From a virus, in the IMG/VR virus record IMGVR_UViG_3300017917_002349, positions 97,939 to 161,938 of that record: 64,000 nt of DNA; one strand, written 5' to 3'. Below are positions 35,665 to 45,566 of the stretch, piece by piece; the stretch's first letter is position 1; each line of letters begins with the position of its first letter. A model generated the notes under the pieces. The model saw nothing but the letters and a program-made list of their open reading frames with translations. It did not search any database and was not told where the DNA came from. The position numbers were made by a program, and so were the translations under genes.

Positions 35665-36059
35665 TGGCAAGACTAGAAGGTAAAGTTGATAAAGGTTGGG
35701 GTTATGAAGTTATCTGGGCTACCAACGACAAATATGCAGGCAAGATCCTAGTATTTGAAAAAGTAGGTGCTAAGTTCAGCATGCACTTTCACAAAGAAAA
35801 GGACGAAACTTGGTTCGTTAATGCCGGCAGTTTCAAACTGATTTGGTGCGATACCAAGACTGCGACCTATCATGAAAAGATATTAAATGAAGGCGATACA
35901 TGGCGAAACCTGCCGATGATGCCTCATCAACTGATAGCACTGCAACCTAATTCTATGGTGTTTGAAGTCAGCACCCCAGATTCGGTAGAAGATAATTACA
36001 GGATCATTCCAGGAGACAGTCAAATTGCAACCAAGCCTGCAACAGAACAATCAGCCTAA
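35664..36059 (+). CDS. cupin protein (sugar-phosphate isomerase-like)
   Basis: KGWGYE, SMHFH..KDET, PH, EVST....D.YR. Confidence 0.75.
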   Translation: MARLEGKVDKGWGYEVIWATNDKYAGKILVFEKVGAKFSMHFHKEKDETWFVNAGSFKLIWCDTKTATYHEKILNEGDTWRNLPMMPHQLIALQPNSMVFEVSTPDSVEDNYRIIPGDSQIATKPATEQSA

Positions 36060-36642
36060 GATTTCTTGGGGTGGTGGAGAGTATAGAACCAAGTGTGTGG
36101 TTGGTCTAGACAGAGACGGTGTTATTAACCGAGACCTCGGAACATATTGTTACAGAGTAGAAGACTTTGATCCTATACCCGGCAGTATTGATGCTGTGGC
36201 TACTCTAAGAAGAAAAGGCTACAAGATCGTTATCATCACAGACCAAGGAGGCATCGAAAAAGGATTATTCAAACAAGAAGATGTCGAAACAGTACATCAA
36301 CACATGTTCGAATTATTAGGTGCCGCGGGATGTTTCAGTATTGATGCTCTGTATTATTCTGCTAGTAGTCGCAAAGATGATCCTTTCGCTAAGCCAAACA
36401 CTGGTATGTTCAAACGTTGTGAAGCGGAACACAAAGATATCAAATTCAAAGAAGGATATTATGTGGGCGATAAGATCAAAGACCTCAAGGCCGCTATGAA
36501 CATGGGAGCTAGACCTGTACTAGTAAGAACAGGCTACGGACTAGAAACAGAAAAAGAATTACAGAAATTCACCTATAGAAAAATCAAAGCCAGAACATTG
36601 ATCTTCGATAATCTAGAACAATTTGTTGAAAGTCTCACATGA
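36025..36642 (+). CDS. gmhB: D-glycero-D-manno-heptose 1,7-bisphosphate phosphatase
   Basis: LDRDGVIN, KP.TGM, VGDK..D, LVRTGYG; start uncertain. Confidence 0.85.
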   Translation: MQPSLQQNNQPKISWGGGEYRTKCVVGLDRDGVINRDLGTYCYRVEDFDPIPGSIDAVATLRRKGYKIVIITDQGGIEKGLFKQEDVETVHQHMFELLGAAGCFSIDALYYSASSRKDDPFAKPNTGMFKRCEAEHKDIKFKEGYYVGDKIKDLKAAMNMGARPVLVRTGYGLETEKELQKFTYRKIKARTLIFDNLEQFVESLT

Positions 36643-37043
36643 CCAAGGTACTAGTAAATGGAACTTTTGATATCTTGCACCTTGGGCACCTTAGATTACT
36701 GGAATATGCAAGAAGCCACCCCCAGTCTTATGTGTATGTTCTTATAGACAGTGACCGTAGAGTTCGTGAACTCAAAGGTTCAGATAGGCCTATACACAAT
36801 GAATACGAACGTGCAAGTTTTTTGTTTGCCCTAAAGTCTGTCGATAGGGTAGATATTTTTGATACCGACGACGATCTACGAAATTATATTAAAAACTACG
36901 AACCGGATGTAATGGTCAAAGGCAGTGATTATAGAAATAAACCTGTGATTGGTGCGGAATACTGTAAGAAAATAAAATTCTATGAACGACTTGAAAAATA
37001 CTCAACCTCAAACAAAATACAGGATATTATTAATAGGAGATAA
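36639..37043 (+). CDS. hldC: heptose 1-phosphate adenylyltransferase (RfaE domain II)
   Basis: NGTFDILHLGH, SD..V..LKG..RP, KGSDY, STS. Confidence 0.85.
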   Translation: MTKVLVNGTFDILHLGHLRLLEYARSHPQSYVYVLIDSDRRVRELKGSDRPIHNEYERASFLFALKSVDRVDIFDTDDDLRNYIKNYEPDVMVKGSDYRNKPVIGAEYCKKIKFYERLEKYSTSNKIQDIINRR

Positions 37044-37743
37044 CTGCGAAGATATCTATCAGTACGGTACTGTAGATCGTATATCACCGGAAGCGCCTGT
37101 GCCTGTGTTTAAGTTTCTCTACGAAGAACGACGACCCGGGATGGCCGGAAACGTTCTCCGTAATCTAGAGGCACTAGGTTGCGAAGTAAATTATCTCTGC
37201 GGCAAGACATCTACTAAGACGAGACTAGTAGATAAACGCAGTAATCAACATATTGTGAGAATTGACAACGATGTTGTATCGCAGCCCATAACATTAGAAA
37301 CTGAAGTACCTAAAGTCTTTGATGCTATCGTAGTCAGTGACTACGACAAAGGCACAGTCTCTTATGAACTCATAGAAGAACTTATTCAAACGAAAATACC
37401 TGTGTTCATTGACACCAAGAAAACCGATCTAGAACGTATGCAAGGTGCATGGGTGAAGATCAACGAATTAGAGTACAGCAAGATCAAATCTGAATGCACA
37501 GGATTGATAGTCACTTCGGGTTCTAAGGGAGCCAGGGCTGTACATCACGATCTAGAATTAAACGCACCTTCTGTAGAAGTTGCAGATGTTACAGGCGCAG
37601 GTGATACATTCTTAGCGGCCTTTGCTGTGAAATGGTTAGAACAAAAAGACCTTGAAAAATCTATACAGTATGCTATTCGTGCAGCCAGTATTACTGTTCA
37701 ACACTTTGGCGTGTATGCGCCCACATTAGAGGAATTACAATGA
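36982..37743 (+). CDS. hldA: heptose 7-phosphate kinase (RfaE domain I, PfkB family)
   Basis: RISPEAPVPV, SDYDKG, DVTGAGDTF. Confidence 0.85.
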   Translation: MNDLKNTQPQTKYRILLIGDNCEDIYQYGTVDRISPEAPVPVFKFLYEERRPGMAGNVLRNLEALGCEVNYLCGKTSTKTRLVDKRSNQHIVRIDNDVVSQPITLETEVPKVFDAIVVSDYDKGTVSYELIEELIQTKIPVFIDTKKTDLERMQGAWVKINELEYSKIKSECTGLIVTSGSKGARAVHHDLELNAPSVEVADVTGAGDTFLAAFAVKWLEQKDLEKSIQYAIRAASITVQHFGVYAPTLEELQ

Positions 37744-38603
37744 TTATCCTAACAGGAGCAGGCGGCTTTATCGGTAGCGTCATGCTAGGCTACCTTAACC
37801 GATTGGGCAGAGACGATATAATTATCGTTGATGATCTTCCATTAGCTGAACAGTTTCATAATCTCAAAGATAAAAGTTATCATAGACTCTATAGTTCGCA
37901 GGATATACCTGTGCTAGATCAAGTAGAAGCTGTGCTGCACATAGGTGCCAATAGCAGTACTTTAGAAAAAAATTGGAGCAGTATCTACAAGACCAACGTA
38001 GAGTCTACTAGACAATGGAATCAGTTCTGTCAGGAAAGAAATATACCTTTAATCTTCACATCCTCTGCAGCAGTTTATGGCAACGGAGAAGGTCCGTTGA
38101 ATCAATATGCATTTAGCAAGCATGTCAGCGAACATGAAATTTCTGCAGTTTCGTTAAGACTCTTCAATGTCTACGGACCCAATGAGTATCATAAAGGCCG
38201 TATGGCCAGTACCATTTATCATTGGCACCAACAATTACAAGCCAGCTCTAATATCCAAATATTTCAAAACAGCAGACAATATTTCAGAGATTTTATTTGG
38301 GTCGAGGATGTATGCAAGACAATTTATCATTTTATCACAAACTATCAACCTGGAATTTATGATCTAGGCACAGGTAAACCTAGGGATTTTGAAACTCTAG
38401 CCGACCTAGTCTTAAAAAGCACGGGGCGGGGAGGTAAAACTTTTATAGATATGAATAACGATCTTAGAGAACAATATCAAACCTATACCAGAGCTGACAC
38501 ACGGAGACTGATCAATGCTGGTGTGCCCGTGGATGAGTTCTTAGAAATAGATCAGGCAGTACCTAGGTATTTAGAATATCTTGATGAGAAACGTTATTAC
38601 TAA
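37740..38603 (+). CDS. hldD: ADP-L-glycero-D-manno-heptose 6-epimerase
   Basis: [48 protein letters not shown]. Confidence 0.9.
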   Translation: MIILTGAGGFIGSVMLGYLNRLGRDDIIIVDDLPLAEQFHNLKDKSYHRLYSSQDIPVLDQVEAVLHIGANSSTLEKNWSSIYKTNVESTRQWNQFCQERNIPLIFTSSAAVYGNGEGPLNQYAFSKHVSEHEISAVSLRLFNVYGPNEYHKGRMASTIYHWHQQLQASSNIQIFQNSRQYFRDFIWVEDVCKTIYHFITNYQPGIYDLGTGKPRDFETLADLVLKSTGRGGKTFIDMNNDLREQYQTYTRADTRRLINAGVPVDEFLEIDQAVPRYLEYLDEKRYY

Positions 38604-39796
38604 AATATCTTCTTCAAGGCCACAATTAAATCACTCATCATAGCATCATCATGAAAGGGAGTCGGAGCGAATCTTAGTCTCTCAGTGCCCACATCAACTG
38701 TTGGATAGTTTATGGGCTGTACATAGATGTTATGATCTTCTAAGAGCTTGTCGCTCATTGACTTACACTTCTTAGCTTCCCCTACTAACAAAGGAACTAT
38801 GTGTGTGGTGCTGCACTCCATTAGAGGCAGACCGTTTTCTATTAAGAGTGTTTTGAGTTTACGAGCACGTTCTTGATGTTGCTCTCGTATCTGATTATTA
38901 TCTTTAAGATATTTTACAGCAGCTAAAGCACCTGCACAGGACACCGGCGACATCGAAGTAGTGAAGATAAAACCTGCTGCTACCGAACGAATAGCATCAA
39001 CGACATCAGCATCGGCAGCGATATAGCCGCCTTGGACTCCAAAGGCTTTCCCGAGAGTACCGTTGATTATATCAATCCGGGATTCTAGTCCTAATTCTTC
39101 CACCTTTCCGCCGCCATGGGTTCCGTAGAGTCCTACCGCATGCACTTCATCAATATAGGTTATGGCCTGATACTTGTCAGCAAGATCGCAGATGTCCTGT
39201 ATAGGCGATACATCGCCGTCCATGGAATAAACTGATTCAAAGATGATACAGGGAGTAAAGCCTGAGAGTTTGCTGGCCGCGAGTTTATCTTCTAGATCCT
39301 GTAGATCATTGTGCCTAAATATCTGTTTAGGAGCCTTTGAATGTTGCATGCCCACAATCAAACTATTATGATTATTTTCGTCTGAAATAAATTGGATATT
39401 TTTAATAATTTTACTCAGTGCAATTATAGTCCATTCGTTGGCCACATATGCAGAACTAAACAAAAGAGCTCGGCTCTTATTGTGCAACATAGCCAACTCA
39501 TGTTCTAGTGCCACATGATAGTGACTGGTTCCTCCTATGTTTCGAGTACCACCGGATCCCGAACCTGTTTGATTTAGAGCAGTATGCATGGCGTCTAATA
39601 CGACCTTATGTTGGCCCATACCTAGGTAATCATTGGAGCACCAATTAACTATAGTTTTAATATTATAAGGTCCATACCAGATGGCCTTAGGGAACTCTCC
39701 GCGTTCCCGCACTATGTCATTAAAAACACGGTATTTACCTGAATTTTTAAGATCTAAAATTAGTTGTTTAAAGGGTTCTTTGTTTATCATAATCAT
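38600..39796 (-). CDS. hemA: 5-aminolevulinate synthase
   Basis: [57 protein letters not shown]. Confidence 0.93.
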   Translation of the reverse strand: MIMINKEPFKQLILDLKNSGKYRVFNDIVRERGEFPKAIWYGPYNIKTIVNWCSNDYLGMGQHKVVLDAMHTALNQTGSGSGGTRNIGGTSHYHVALEHELAMLHNKSRALLFSSAYVANEWTIIALSKIIKNIQFISDENNHNSLIVGMQHSKAPKQIFRHNDLQDLEDKLAASKLSGFTPCIIFESVYSMDGDVSPIQDICDLADKYQAITYIDEVHAVGLYGTHGGGKVEELGLESRIDIINGTLGKAFGVQGGYIAADADVVDAIRSVAAGFIFTTSMSPVSCAGALAAVKYLKDNNQIREQHQERARKLKTLLIENGLPLMECSTTHIVPLLVGEAKKCKSMSDKLLEDHNIYVQPINYPTVDVGTERLRFAPTPFHDDAMMSDLIVALKKIF

Positions 39797-39831
39797 ATTT
39801 AAGCCGATAAATATTACACTGAGGATTAACC

Positions 39832-40074
39832 ATGGCAGATATAGTAAAACTAGATGTACCGCTATTCATAAGACTTTTAGAACTATCTAGAGAAGAAATC
39901 AAAGACGATGCGGATATACATGATGTTGCAGAAATAGTGATCAAGATGAGTCAGGCCGGGCCAGTAACCATGGCAAACTACGAAGATATTGTGGATTTTA
40001 TGAAAAAACAAGGCAGCGACTCTTCACAAGACTCAGAATTGGCTAGGATCAAAAAGTTGGGCGGTGTAGAATGA
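39832..40074 (+). CDS. hypothetical late protein
   Basis: [12 protein letters not shown] motif. Confidence 0.75.
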   Translation: MADIVKLDVPLFIRLLELSREEIKDDADIHDVAEIVIKMSQAGPVTMANYEDIVDFMKKQGSDSSQDSELARIKKLGGVE

Positions 40075-40361
40075 AAGTTACAGAAATCATAAGAGGAATA
40101 CTAGATATACTAGACGGAAAGAACATTCCTCGTCCGGACGAATCTGTGCCTAACGAACAATTCTATGACGATGACGTTCGTAGATTCCGCCAAATCGTTG
40201 ATTTAAAAGATAAGGGTGAGGAAACACAGTATAGTAATACTCCCCGAGAAGAATACGCAGGTATAGAAGCAGTGACTACAGCAGCCGGCGGCGGCCCTAA
40301 TAAACCAAAACACGTAGACGACATCCGAGGCAACAGCTTTAGAGTTCATGGAGATAACTAA
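40071..40361 (+). CDS. hypothetical late protein
   Basis: Coupled ORF. Confidence 0.7.
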   Translation: MKVTEIIRGILDILDGKNIPRPDESVPNEQFYDDDVRRFRQIVDLKDKGEETQYSNTPREEYAGIEAVTTAAGGGPNKPKHVDDIRGNSFRVHGDN

Positions 40362-41299
40362 TGGCAGCTAACGGTATTTCAACATTAGCAACTAAAGAAG
40401 CTAGACAAATAGCCAAACTTGAACTTGCAGCAGACAATAGAGCCGCTGATGGTAATGCCCGCTCAGTCTACGACATTTCAGAACTACCTACTAAGTATGT
40501 AGGAAATACAGTTTACGACAACGTCAACGAAGGAGGGCTTGTTCAAGGACGCCCCTGGGCCACCGCAGAAACTCCCAACTCTATATCAGGATTGAGATTC
40601 TGGATAGACACATCTGTCACATCAACACTGAACGGCGGCACCTACACAGACGGAGCCGCACTGACAGCCTGGACAGAAAGAAAACAAAATGCTGCCTATG
40701 TAAATCCTGCTGCCAACCGCCGCGGCACTATAGAGAGCGGTGCAGGGGATTTACAGAACGGTTATCCTGTAGTGAGACATAGGTTCACTGTAGCAGCAGA
40801 TTGGGATCAGGCGGAATGGACTTCAGTGTCGGGATTTGCCAACGCAACAGGCTACACTATGGTATGTGTGGCTAAACTCAGTCCAACTCCCTTGGGCACC
40901 GCACTACACATATTCCGCATTAGAAACACCAGTGGCACATATTCGTCTAGTGTTTACTATAATACTACCTCGGGAAGATTTGAAATGGCAGCACCAACTG
41001 GTGGTTCATTAGTAGACAACACCATAGATCCAGACGGCACTTGGAAAATTGTTACAGTGAGGTATGACAGTACCGCAGCCGCAGCCAGCAGATTCACCTT
41101 TAGATGGGCCAAGACTGCTCGCACCGTGACCAACAACGGCACACCTAGCGGAGCATTGGCCGCAGACGCAGGCAGTAACATTATGGTTGGCTACTTCTGG
41201 AACGCAGACTTTGGAGAGGTAATGGCCTACAACACCGCACTCTCAGATGCTCAGATCGTAGCTTTAGAAGATTACCTCAGCAGCAAGTGGGGAGTCTAA
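40361..41299 (+). CDS. putative virion protein with LamG/concanavalin-like domain
   Basis: LRFWID, GEVMAYNTALS...LEDYLSSKWG. Confidence 0.6.
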   Translation: MAANGISTLATKEARQIAKLELAADNRAADGNARSVYDISELPTKYVGNTVYDNVNEGGLVQGRPWATAETPNSISGLRFWIDTSVTSTLNGGTYTDGAALTAWTERKQNAAYVNPAANRRGTIESGAGDLQNGYPVVRHRFTVAADWDQAEWTSVSGFANATGYTMVCVAKLSPTPLGTALHIFRIRNTSGTYSSSVYYNTTSGRFEMAAPTGGSLVDNTIDPDGTWKIVTVRYDSTAAAASRFTFRWAKTARTVTNNGTPSGALAADAGSNIMVGYFWNADFGEVMAYNTALSDAQIVALEDYLSSKWGV

Positions 41300-41302
41300 T
41301 CT

Positions 41303-42682
41303 ATGGGAATAATGAATCCCAATTCTACAAATTATCAACATCCTTGGGAACCTAATCTAAGTGATTTGCATACCACTATGGACTACAGTGCCAGTGGCGA
41401 GCCTTTACTTAGAGTAAACAACGTCGGTGGTGTGACCTACAACAATGCCGGTAATATCTCAGCCAGCATGGACGCATTTGGTCGTATGCGTATCAGTACT
41501 CCTTACACTCTGTTTGATGGGGGCTTACGTTATAGAGACAACTCTTTCAAATGGGACCAACAGGACACAGGCAATGGTACATCTGCGTTTTATCAATTTG
41601 AAAGCAGTGTGGTAATGACTGTAGCAGGTAATGGTGACTCTAGCATTAGACAAAGCAAACAGGTATTCAGTTATCAACCAGGTAAAAGTCTGTTGACCAT
41701 GGCCACATTTGCTATGACGACACCTACAGCAGGTCTGCGCCAACGTGTGGGCTACTTTGGAACCTATAATGGTGTTTATTTTGAAGCAGATGGAACTACA
41801 CTAAATCTCGTTATAAGAAAGAGCCTTACTGTTAATGCTCCACCGGGCGGCTGGGGATTTCAGGATCCTACACCAACCGTAGATGATACTACAGAAAAGA
41901 TTCCTCAGAGTCAATGGAACGTAGATAGATTAAATGGTCAAGGTGGGCAGAATAATATCAGCGGAATAACCCTAGATGTCAGCAAGGCACAGATATGGTG
42001 GTGTGATGTAGAATGGCTAGGTGTTGGTTCAGTTAGATCAGGGTTTGTTATCAACGGACAATTCATCGTTTGTCACATATTTCACCACGCTAACATATTT
42101 GACAAGGTATACATGACCACTGCTACGCTACCTGTACGCTATGAACTTACTTCAACTGGAGCTGCAGGCACGATGCGAGCTATATGTAGCACAGTCTTGT
42201 CGGAAGGTGGCTATGCTAATCGCAGCCAGACTCGTTCGATAGCCACACCTCTCACAGGCAGAGAACTCAGCAACGTAGTTTATCGTCCTATTATCTGTTT
42301 AAGATTAAAATCGTCTAACATTGACAGTGTGGTAGTACCTACCAAGTTTGATCTGTATGGACTCCAGCAGGCAGGATTTATCTATAAGATAATACTAAAT
42401 CCAACGCTGACAGACGCCAACTGGACTTCAGCAGGCACAGGCAGTTCAGTAGAATACGATATGTCAGCTACCGCTCTAACAGGCGGAACCACAGTTGATC
42501 AAGGTATCTTTGTTGGTGCTCCCAAAGGTGGCGCCGCAAGCGTCAGTAGCAATGAAGTTGACTTCAGTCAGCAGTTGGGTAGAACCATAGCAGGTGTGTC
42601 AGATATATGGTGTTTGGCTGCTATATCAACATCAAACAACGATGATGTAGCAGCCGCGGTAAGTTGGCAGGAACACGGATAA
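41303..42682 (+). CDS. putative virion structural protein
   Basis: DAFGRMRIS.P.TLFD, YQPGKS, EWLGVG.VR.GF; beta-rich. Confidence 0.65.
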   Translation: MGIMNPNSTNYQHPWEPNLSDLHTTMDYSASGEPLLRVNNVGGVTYNNAGNISASMDAFGRMRISTPYTLFDGGLRYRDNSFKWDQQDTGNGTSAFYQFESSVVMTVAGNGDSSIRQSKQVFSYQPGKSLLTMATFAMTTPTAGLRQRVGYFGTYNGVYFEADGTTLNLVIRKSLTVNAPPGGWGFQDPTPTVDDTTEKIPQSQWNVDRLNGQGGQNNISGITLDVSKAQIWWCDVEWLGVGSVRSGFVINGQFIVCHIFHHANIFDKVYMTTATLPVRYELTSTGAAGTMRAICSTVLSEGGYANRSQTRSIATPLTGRELSNVVYRPIICLRLKSSNIDSVVVPTKFDLYGLQQAGFIYKIILNPTLTDANWTSAGTGSSVEYDMSATALTGGTTVDQGIFVGAPKGGAASVSSNEVDFSQQLGRTIAGVSDIWCLAAISTSNNDDVAAAVSWQEHG

Positions 42683-43083
42683 TGTTAAAAAAATATATCA
42701 ACATTGTAGAAGCAGCTAATAAAGGCTGTCCTATTGCCACACACGATCTAGAAGTCAATGTAAAGAATCGTCAGACGGCTATAGATAAACATCACTACGG
42801 CCCTGCAAATCCCGATGAGCCAGGTAGTTATTGGAAAGATGCTGCCCGTCAATGGAAGATAGATGAAAAGACTGCTAAAACTATGAAGTGTGAGAATTGT
42901 GCAGCCTTCAATATCACAGACGCTATGTATAAATGTATACATGATGGCATGGGTGCGGAAGCCTACCAAGCAGAAAAAACCAGAGAAGCCGCAGACTTAG
43001 GTTATTGTAACCTACTGCATTTTAAATGCGCTGGTACACGCAGTTGCGAACTATGGATCACCGGCGGACCAATTGTAAAGTAA
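42682..43083 (+). CDS. Cys-containing hypothetical protein
   Basis: CENCAAF, GYC...FKCAG..SC. Confidence 0.7.
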   Translation: MLKKYINIVEAANKGCPIATHDLEVNVKNRQTAIDKHHYGPANPDEPGSYWKDAARQWKIDEKTAKTMKCENCAAFNITDAMYKCIHDGMGAEAYQAEKTREAADLGYCNLLHFKCAGTRSCELWITGGPIVK

Positions 43084-43092
43084 GGAGCGATC

Positions 43093-43227
43093 ATGGAAGA
43101 AAAAATCTGTAATCATTGCAAACATCATGCACACTGCGGACAAAGTTGCCAAGACGAAAAGTGCGATCACTGCACCGAATGTGCCTGCGACTATTGTCAA
43201 GCACAAGATGTTGACGCTGACAAGTAA
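43093..43227 (+). CDS. 44-aa Cys/His-rich metallothionein-like protein (not in ORF track)
   Basis: MEEKICNHCKHHAHCGQSCQDEKCDHCTECACDYCQAQDVDADK; AAGGAG RBS. Confidence 0.7.
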   Translation: MEEKICNHCKHHAHCGQSCQDEKCDHCTECACDYCQAQDVDADK

Positions 43228-43843
43228 TAAATTTGATCCCTGTGGCTACTGGGATCGTCCAATGGATAAAGTATTGTATATTCCATTGGCCGAAGATCTA
43301 GATCTATTTGATCAGAATGGATATGATCTAACCGTTTTAGAGCAACACTTTGCTGTCAGCAATTATCGTGCTGCCTGTGAACACCGTAAACACAGGATGG
43401 CCATCAAACAGGAATGGTTCGTTCAAACTCCTGAGATCGAAGGACCTGTGTTGAATCACAGTCTACTCTTTGAAAGAAAAGCCTATACAGGAGCAGCACT
43501 AGAACAACTCAAATACTGGTCTCTTAAACTGCCTCTGGTACATAAAATTATAGCCATGCGTCCAAAATGGGGCTTAGACTTTAGTATGGATTATGTTGAT
43601 AGGGAAGGTAATGCTTTTGAAGTCCTACATTGGGAATGGGATAGTTTTGATTATATCGAAATAGAGTGTATTCGTAAAATCATAGAACCTAGACTCAAAG
43701 AAATAGATTGGGAAGATGCTGCGCAACAGATATTAAAGAACAAAGACAAATGGCACCATTTAGATTTCTTCGCACAGAGCAAATGGAAGTGCGATTATTT
43801 TGGTATCCCCGAAGAGCGTTTTAAAATGGTAAATTGGGAATAA
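43208..43843 (+). CDS. hypothetical protein
   Basis: Start moved to MLTLTSNK; FDQNGYDLT, PKWGLDFSMDY. Confidence 0.75.
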   Translation: MLTLTSNKFDPCGYWDRPMDKVLYIPLAEDLDLFDQNGYDLTVLEQHFAVSNYRAACEHRKHRMAIKQEWFVQTPEIEGPVLNHSLLFERKAYTGAALEQLKYWSLKLPLVHKIIAMRPKWGLDFSMDYVDREGNAFEVLHWEWDSFDYIEIECIRKIIEPRLKEIDWEDAAQQILKNKDKWHHLDFFAQSKWKCDYFGIPEERFKMVNWE

Positions 43844-43871
43844 ATATCTGATACTATTATAAGGTTTTCGG

Positions 43872-44681
43872 ATGAAAAAACTACTACTATTATTATCGTT
43901 GTTTGTTTCTACAGCATTTGCTTGGGATCAACGACCACCCTTACCTGTACAGGCCTGTCAGGTTCATAGCCCATACGGATTCGCACAAACACAACGACAG
44001 ATGCAGCCCATCTGCAGAGAAGCATATCTTGTAGCCTACGATCCACCTGCTAAGATTCCTGCGTATGTGGCCTACACACTACTACCACAAAATGCTCTAG
44101 GCTGCTTTCCGCGTACTAACGCATTTGTTGCGGATCAGTCTGTCCCAAACGGACCAACCCCATCGGATTATGCAGGAACGGGCTACGACAAGGGCCATGC
44201 TGCTCCAGATGGGGATCTGAGCTGGAGTCAGATTGTCGAATACGAGAGCTTTCTTATGACCAACATGTATCCGCAACACGGCAGTCTAAACCGTGGAATT
44301 TGGAAGTTGCTGGAAACTTCCATACGTGGATGGGCAGTACAACAGAACCACGCCTTTACCATATACGTTGGAGCTATATATGGAAGTGGTAATGAAAAGA
44401 TCGGTAACGGTGTAATCGTTCCTCATGGTTTTTATAAGATAGTTATAGACCAACAAACAGGTGCAGTAGCAGGTTGGATGTTCCCACATACAAAACCTTA
44501 TGTTAATTTGGGTAACGATCTTACCAAATTCCGTGTACCCGTAGCGCAGATCGAACAACAGGCCGGCATCGATTTTCCATTCCCTCAGAATGCTCGTGAA
44601 CTACAGCCTGGACAAGAATGGCCTGTAGACTACGGTGCTCTTACTAATGCCAAGAGAGCCAAGTGCGGGAAAGCCGATTAA
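43872..44681 (+). CDS. secreted DNA/RNA non-specific endonuclease
   Basis: Signal peptide, GYDKGH, SFLMTNMYPQ..LNRGIWK.LE, VP..FYK. Confidence 0.9.
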   Translation: MKKLLLLLSLFVSTAFAWDQRPPLPVQACQVHSPYGFAQTQRQMQPICREAYLVAYDPPAKIPAYVAYTLLPQNALGCFPRTNAFVADQSVPNGPTPSDYAGTGYDKGHAAPDGDLSWSQIVEYESFLMTNMYPQHGSLNRGIWKLLETSIRGWAVQQNHAFTIYVGAIYGSGNEKIGNGVIVPHGFYKIVIDQQTGAVAGWMFPHTKPYVNLGNDLTKFRVPVAQIEQQAGIDFPFPQNARELQPGQEWPVDYGALTNAKRAKCGKAD

Positions 44682-44693
44682 AATAAATATTGT

Positions 44694-45566
44694 ATGCAAC
44701 CAAAATCTTATCAATTATTTGCCCAACTCTTAGAAACTTATGTTGATGAAGCATCAACTAGTTTGGATCTTATTTCCGGTTCCGCGGGAGGTAAGGAAGT
44801 GGTGTTGGCTCTGCACAAAGATATGCAACTAGCACACGATCAAGATTATCGACAGGTAGATAAAATTTCTTGGTCAGAACTCAAAGGCTCTTATAACGGT
44901 GCTTGGGTAATCATTAAAGGTACCAGCGGTACTGGAGCCATCAAAGCCAGGGGCGATACCTACGATGCTGTGGCCAGTTCCGGTGGTCCTGTAGATACTA
45001 CATCTGACAGCAGAGGAGGCAATATTCTTGATTTCCTCAAATCAAAAATTGGTAAACTACAGAAATTTTATGTAGGTAAAGGTTCGCGAGCTGTAGACGA
45101 TAAAAAGAAAAAACGTGCAGATTCACGAAAAGGCATGAGCAATGAAGTCACTGTAGATAGCCTCACAAAGAAATTTAGACCTCTATGGGCCAAGGCAGTT
45201 TCTGCTGCCATAGCCGACATCAAAGGACACATTGCTAATCAGATCAAAAACGATGCCTTTGAAAAAGCAGAAAAGAAATTAAACCAAGTTAGAAATCTTC
45301 AAAACGCCATGGACATGTTAGAAACGGGCGATTCGGATGTTCCTTCGAGTGTGTCTTTGGCCATTAACACTGCGGTGATCATGGCAGCCAGTCATCACTA
45401 TCCGGAGCAGACAGGAAACATAACTAAATCCGGATACGGACGAGGTGGCTATAATGCTCAGTTTCCAGAAGGAGCCAGACAATTATTACAAGACATTTCT
45501 GCAGGCGATCAAAAGAAATTAGGAACAGTCCTTGGATTCTTTAAAAGGACTTTGATATCAGGATGA
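44694..45566 (+). CDS. hypothetical late protein
   Basis: 290-aa ORF after ATAAATA. Confidence 0.75.
   Translation: MQPKSYQLFAQLLETYVDEASTSLDLISGSAGGKEVVLALHKDMQLAHDQDYRQVDKISWSELKGSYNGAWVIIKGTSGTGAIKARGDTYDAVASSGGPVDTTSDSRGGNILDFLKSKIGKLQKFYVGKGSRAVDDKKKKRADSRKGMSNEVTVDSLTKKFRPLWAKAVSAAIADIKGHIANQIKNDAFEKAEKKLNQVRNLQNAMDMLETGDSDVPSSVSLAINTAVIMAASHHYPEQTGNITKSGYGRGGYNAQFPEGARQLLQDISAGDQKKLGTVLGFFKRTLISG

Noticed and set aside
43127-43207. N-terminal extension of the 238-aa ORF
   Set aside because: This stretch is better explained by the Cys-rich microprotein in another frame with a strong RBS
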